From assembly GCA_963693365.1 (NCBI GenBank), contig CAVNZM010000013.1, forward strand, positions 7,206,713-7,270,712: 64,000 bases of DNA, read 5' to 3'. Both the position numbers and the translations under genes were made by a program. The notes below the pieces were generated by a model. It was given only the letters and a program-made list of their open reading frames with translations. It ran no database searches and was not told where the DNA came from. This document shows positions 57,862-64,000 of the stretch, one piece after another (the stretch's first letter is position 1; each line of letters starts with the position of its first letter). Source of the stretch: Amoebidium appalachense (taxonomy: Eukaryota; Protista; Ichthyosporea).

Positions 57862-58913
57862 GAATACCCAACGGTGCTAAAAATGGGTTTGAAGTGTGCC
57901 GTGTGGTAAGGCTTAGCTGAGGGGCATTAGATTTGCACTTGCATGTTTGTATGGTGTGTGGTATGTTGGTATTATCTCTTGGAATAATGGCTGTAAGCTT
58001 TACAGTGAAGCCCATTAGAGGATGGTTGCGATTCGAGCCTCATTGCCTCACGAGCACCATCTGGAAGTACACAAAGTGCATATACATATATAGCATACGT
58101 ACACGTACACATCCGTCTACAAACAAGAACACATTGACAATGTGACGTGTTCCCCCCCATGCTTGGGGGGGGGGGGGGGGAGGGGGGTGACCCGCTCATA
58201 ATGTTAGCTTACCTTCGAACCATCAATAAAATCCTGTTAAAAATTCGAGCTCGGTAAAAACTCTACATCGATCATTAATGGGCCTACCCTGAGTGACTAT
58301 CTGCTCATATCCAGAATTCTAAAAATTAGATCCTGAATATTAATTTACAGGCGTGCAATAACCCTTACCTCAGTTCGAATTCTCCAACCCATTTTTCTGT
58401 GCACGTACGCATGCAGTCATGAGAAACACCGATGTGGTGGACCTTTTATTTCATTACATTTAAATCCATTTAAGATTTTTATTAAGTCCATAAATTCCAA
58501 AATTGGAATTTTCAAATTTTAGTAGGATGATTTTTGGATCTTAATTGGGTTCTTTAGGACCCTACAGGACGGTCCCAGCAACTCTTTCCTTCTTCTCTCT
58601 TCTCTTCTCATATTTGACTTGGCCCCTTTTTAAAAAGTGCACCCCTCTTTATAACTTCCATGTTTGGTATCAGGTGTGATGTGCCATGTCGCCAGGCACT
58701 AACGGGGCCTATTCGATTTTGGACAGTCTCTGTGTGGTTGGTAGCGTGCCTCCATCGGAGTTAACATCAATTGATTGTGTGCCTGCGTCCGTACATGGTG
58801 GTGCGGGTGCCATTGAGGGTTTTAATTTTTTTTTTTTTTGGGGGGGGGGGGGAGGAAAGACGGGGAAGGGGTTGGGGGAGGGGGAGGTGGGGGGGGAAGG
58901 GGGAGGAGGAAGT

Positions 58914-58951
<38 letters not shown>

Positions 58952-59133
58952 AGAAGGCTCAGAATTAATCTGCATGTTTGGGTGGCACATGTGCGTGTAA
59001 TTTGTACATACGTGCCAAAGGGGCGGTGTGCTGTGTTAAAGTGACTATCGCAGGTGTGTTTGTCTTTTTGAACTCGGAATGATGGGTGATCGGATGGACC
59101 CGGGGTTGGGGCCGTGGGGAAGGGCCGGGGGGA

Positions 59134-59194
<61 letters not shown>

Positions 59195-59324
59195 TGGAAG
59201 ACAGACTCTTCCCCACGGTTTCAAAACATACATAAATTGTCGGCAGCTATTGCACAGGGTCAGGAATGTGCACAGTACAAGTATGGGTGTGTGAGTGCGA
59301 CTGTGCGAGTGTAACACGTGTGCT

Positions 59325-59385
<61 letters not shown>

Positions 59386-59840
59386 CATTTGCAATGCACG
59401 TGAATGACTGTTCCATGTATGTTTTTCTGACGAATTTCACACCAACCTATCTATACCCAGCGAGTGAACGAAAAAGATATCCAAAACACTATCAGGCACA
59501 CACGTGCATCAATGTTTCCCTTGTTTATCCATTTCACATATCTGCTACTGTGCATACAGTGTTGTGCTACAACACATGCGAAACTTTTCTTCCTTCCACG
59601 TACCACTCAATCAAACACACACATGTACATCAGCATGTGTATAGCGTACACACAGATTGGATTCTTCATTCCTCGACCACATTCATCACTAACAACCAAC
59701 CGTGCAATACAAGAGTACATCACAGTTAAGTCATTATTATTATCATTATATATATATATATATATAAGGGCAAACAATACATTCGTTCCTTTTACACTAT
59801 TTCCCTGCCCCGTACATATCATTCTTACATGTTGGTTTTT

Positions 59841-61164
59841 TCATTCGCTCATACCAGCCTCCCATATCTGCCTAACAGCCATATACGTCCCAATTACTCC
59901 ACCCACCACACCCAAACCCACAGAAACTACAGCTAAAAACCACCTAAAGCCCAATGCTACCACACCACCATTATCTTTCATGTTCGGTTTACGCACGACC
60001 AGATCAATCATCGGTGGGAGAATGAGCGATAGACTTGTACTCCCAAACGAACCTATGAGGGAGATAATAAGTCCTAGGTGGGGCACACACACAGCTATGA
60101 GAAATGTCACCAACACCAAGCATGAACGTAAAAAGATCTGACGGGATATTTCAGTGTAGGGTATCCTAAATACCTCAGACATAATTTCTACCGCTGGTGC
60201 AAATTGCAGCGGGTATGTTAACGTTACCGCGCAACACAGCAGAACATTAATTGTGGACACATACCACGAACTAGCACCCAAATGTGCAACTATGCTCCCC
60301 CTCCTTCATCACTCCATATGCAAGATATCCTACTTGGGCCAACAACATAAATACCCCGGTGACGAAAGTTAGCGCCACCCTGAGGGTAGGCACAAACAAA
60401 TCCCGGTTTTCACCCATGGACTTCTCGATTGGCAGCACCACACCAATGCCCTCATATGAGAAAACGGCTGCACCAAAGAAAATCGGGAAAGTGTCCCATT
60501 TCATTTCAGGAATTTCGGCTACCCCATCACTCCCAATGTCCACCAGTGCTTTGATGACGCAAAAAGAAATCCCTGTTGCCATGCAAATGTTTGCAACGAT
60601 TGAAGCCGGTGTCATGTTTTTCACGTGTCTTATGTAGGAAAGAAGCAGGACGACAGGTAGCATTATTAGCATCCAAACTCTTTTCGCAAACGATGGGTAA
60701 AGGGCGTTTGCATTTTCGGCGACAAAGTTGAAAAATATGCAGCATATCCCGAGTTGTGTGATAACCACGAACGTTGACACGGATGCCCCACCCCATTTCC
60801 CAAAGACATGTTCGGCACAACGCTGATACGAGTCCGCAATATACCCCGTTTCCCTCAATGCCGTGTTGGTTTTCACGAGTAATTCCATGTTATAAGTGGA
60901 GAGAAAAGCAACGAGTAGCGTGGAGATGGGGGCAAGGATGCTCCCGGCCTGTCCGTATGCGTAGGGTAGAGAGAGACAGCCGGGCCCAATGTTAGCACGT
61001 AAGAGGTGTATGAACACGTGTACTATGCCTGTTTGTGTGTGTTTCGTAGTCACTATAATTGGGTCGATTTGGGTGTGTGATGGTGTGCACTGAGGGGAGC
61101 CCGCGTGTAATTGGTTGTGGTGGATGCCTCCGGCGGGTGGTGATAGAAGTGGCTGTGTTTCCAT
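59841..61164 (-). CDS. Amino-acid transporter, AAAP/SLC36 (PAT)/AVT3-like, intronless, with one apparent 1-nt frameshift at C5 60297-60301
   Basis: HLLRANIGPGCLSLPYAY, TQLGICCIFFNFVAEN, FFGAAVFSYEGIGVVLPIEKSM, LTYPLQFAP, VPHLGLIISLIGS. Removing one base gives GYLAYGVMKEGSIVAHLGASSW and fuses the 297-aa and 146-aa ORFs into ~440 aa. Confidence 0.9.
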
Positions 61165-61810
61165 CTTAAGTCGTTCTAATAAAAGTGAGTGAGTTTTAGT
61201 GGAAGGAGGCTAGTAGCTTTCATTCAAACGTGAAAATCGGTCTTTTGTACCGCGGTGGCCCAGCGCGCACAGTTACCCCTATGTGAAAAAACAAAAAGAA
61301 GCAATATGTAGTGTCATTGGTACATAAGTTCTACATAAAGCGTAGTTGTTTCTCTTGTTCGCATCTCCACGATTCGGAATGAATAACTTAAATTTTCAAG
61401 CTTATCTCCTTCAGCCTCGGAGTGTGTGTTTTTCCACAGTAGAAGATCTGATAGCGTGGTTCTTCAGGTGAGCACGTGTCCCCCGGTGTGCTTACTATTT
61501 ATTCTTTGGGCCGGGCAACATTCAGCTCCCCTGGAATAACTCCATTTTTGCTAAGGTGACCCTATTGGGCTCAGTTACACCTAGTTCAGGGTCGTAAAAC
61601 ATATGCCCATAACCTTGAGCCTCAAGATAGTTATGAGTAAGCCAGTAGTGTAACGCACATGTTCCGCTTCATTCCACCCTTCCGGTCCTTTTGCAAGGTG
61701 TTTTGAAAGGTGTGGACACTTGCCATGGTGCGTGTTTTGGAATGTAGTGTTCAGTGCCAGAACTAAAGCTGATTGGTGTAAATACCTTCCATAAATGGTT
61801 ACCTATAGCA

Positions 61811-61876
61811 GCCCCCAATCGTAGCAGCTCCGAGTCACGGCACGTGACGTCACCTAAGCGGAGGGAGCGGCCAATA
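61811..61876. promoter_or_regulatory. Motif cluster in the divergent promoter: CCAAT, overlapping E-box/CRE (CACGTGACGTCA), CCAAT
   Basis: CCAAT 61815-19, CACGTG 61841-46, TGACGTCA 61845-52, CCAAT 61871-75, between head-to-head genes. Confidence 0.45.
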
Positions 61877-62103
61877 AAACTGCAATGATCCCCACCGTGA
61901 CGAAGGCCTTGCACCCCGTGATCGACGGTGCTGGGAGCCTGGCAGCAGGCTACATAACCCACGTGGCACATAATGGCCAAAACATCAGCCATAAAAGCCA
62001 CTAAGGTCACAGTGTTCTGTGTAGTGCAAATACGTAAGCTTCAAGACGGTGAAAAAAAAAAGGTGTTGCGTAGTTCTATTTCCCCTTCTGCCCTCCCCCT
62101 CCC

Positions 62104-62166
<63 letters not shown>

Positions 62167-62284
62167 CACACAACCACCATTGCCACTACCACCGGCACCA
62201 ACACTACCGTAACATCACAAACGTTCACACACTTGGGCGGTCTTTCAACTCGAACAACGCATCCAAGTCATAACCGCTTTCAAC

Positions 62285-62544
62285 ATGGCCTTGCCAACAC
62301 AGCTCGGTCCTGTTGAGCACGTTGTAATCTTTGGAATAGACGGTATGGGTGCGGAATATTTCGTCAGAGAAACAGAAAAGGATGTCCTGTTTGCATCGAA
62401 TCTCAGGCGCTTACAGAGGGAGGGGCTGTTTACAGCCAACTGCCGCAGTGTGTTTCCGACCTTGTCCACACCCAACTGGTATGCTCTTATGCGCAGTGCC
62501 ACACCAACTGAGGGTGGTGCGGCTACTAACGGTTGGGACCGGAG
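62285..62544 (+). CDS. Alkaline phosphatase superfamily (nucleotide pyrophosphatase/phosphodiesterase-like) protein, first coding exon; continues beyond the window
   Basis: HVVIFGIDG (first metal-binding Asp), [20 protein letters not shown] (nucleophile loop); donor AG|GTATGC at 62544/5 followed by repeat-rich intron to the window end. Confidence 0.8.
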
Positions 62545-62801
62545 GTATGCTCTTTTTTTTTTCGTCTGTCTGCCTTCTCTCTCTCTCTCCTCAGTGAGGA
62601 GGGGTGGGGAGAGGAGGAGGGGGTGGCGATGATATGGGAAGAGGGGAGGGAGGGGGCCGCGGGGAGGGGGGGGGGGGGAAGGGGGGGACGATCGTGTGTG
62701 TGTGTGTTGGGGGGAGGGTGGGAGGAGGAATTCGAGCACACACACTCTCTCTTACACCACACACGCGCGCGCACACGCACGCACGCACGCACGCACGCGC
62801 G

Positions 62802-62846
<45 letters not shown>

Positions 62847-63252
62847 GCGCGCGCCCCGCGCACGCACACAAACACACGCGCACACACACACGCACACAAA
62901 AACACGCACACACACACACTCTCTCACAGATACACTCCCGCGCTTAAGCATGTGCAGACGCCCGCAGGCACACACACACACACACACACACACATGCACA
63001 CATGCACACATGCACATACATGCACACACGCACACAAGGAGAGGGAGGAGGGTAGGAAGAGAGGGAGGGAGGGGGTGGTGGGGATGAGAAGGAGAGGGCG
63101 AGAAAGATGAGAGATGGAGAGAGGGGGTGGGGAGGGGGGGGGGAGATGTTGAAGGTAGCGAGTCACAAAACAAGGAGAGGCTTGGAAGAAGTATGGGGGC
63201 AGAAACTCTGGAGGAGCAGGAGAGGGCAGTTGTAGGTGTACGTCTAGGCAGG

Positions 63253-63287
<35 letters not shown>

Positions 63288-64000
63288 TGGGGGGGAAGGT
63301 GGGCCGGGGAGGGAGGGGGGGGGGGGGGGGAGGGGGGGGGAGGGGGCTGCAGAGTTTGGCATGTCACTTTGAAGCCTGATTTTGATGGGTCTATGCTGGT
63401 GTGCTTGCATGTGTGTGGGGGTTGGGTTTTATTTTTTGTTGGGGAGGTGAGGAGTGGAGGGGGGTGGGGGGCGGGGGGAGGGGGGTGAGAGAGAGAGGGG
63501 GGGGGTGGGGGTGGAGGGGTGGGGGGAAGGGGGTGGGGGGAAGGGGGGTAGGGATGGGAGAAGGGGGAGAGTGAAGAGACGAGGGTGGTGATGGTGGTGG
63601 TGGGGAGGGGAGGGGTGGGGGAATGATTATCTAACTCAAACCTCATTAATTCTTATCCCCCCTCCCCCTCCCCTCCCCCCGGCCCCTCTTTTTCTCGGGC
63701 TCGAAACCCCTCTCCCCTCACCCCTCCCCTCACTCCCCTTTACCCCATTCACATGCACACCTTCGCGGTCACATATTCCCTCCCTTTAAACACACCCGAC
63801 CTCCCCCTCTACACCAATACCACCATCACCACACAATCACACATAGCCCCCCTCCCCCCCTCCCCGTTCCCTCCCATCCCCCCCCCCCCCCCCCAAAAAA
63901 AACAACAAAAAACACATACACATGCCACCTCCCCCCCCTTCCCTTCCCCTCCCGGCCCACACACACACCATGCCCCTCCCCACACACACGTACACATGCA

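Overview
Eukaryotic genomic DNA, probably a unicellular opisthokont/holozoan (inferred from animal-like IQGAP, HFM1 and SLC36 sequences). Introns are packed with poly(C)/poly(G) and (CA)n tracts, so nearly all long ORFs in the supplied track are simple-repeat artefacts. Real content in order: the last two exons of an IQGAP gene (167-1110, +); a beta-propeller-like ORF with a C-terminal NLS (3546-4457, -) lying head-to-head with a six-exon, ~1530-aa DDE transposase-like gene (4767-12618, +); a KCTD-type BTB ORF whose 5' region is duplicated and carries a 45-bp TIR/TSD micro-element; a secreted protein built from three Cys4 repeats (17974-18447, -); a ~46-exon MER3/HFM1 meiotic helicase gene (21252-57861, +); an intronless SLC36/AVT-type amino-acid transporter (59841-61164, -); and the first exon of an alkaline-phosphatase-superfamily gene (62285-62544, +). 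The best candidate for a novel system is the transposase: it has a DUF6729-like N-terminus and a D-D-DxxH-E core with an intact DEDDy 3'-5' exonuclease inserted inside it, plus a possible divergent partner gene. Several single-base indels fall in homopolymers and look like long-read errors. All exon models were built by eye, with no database search.
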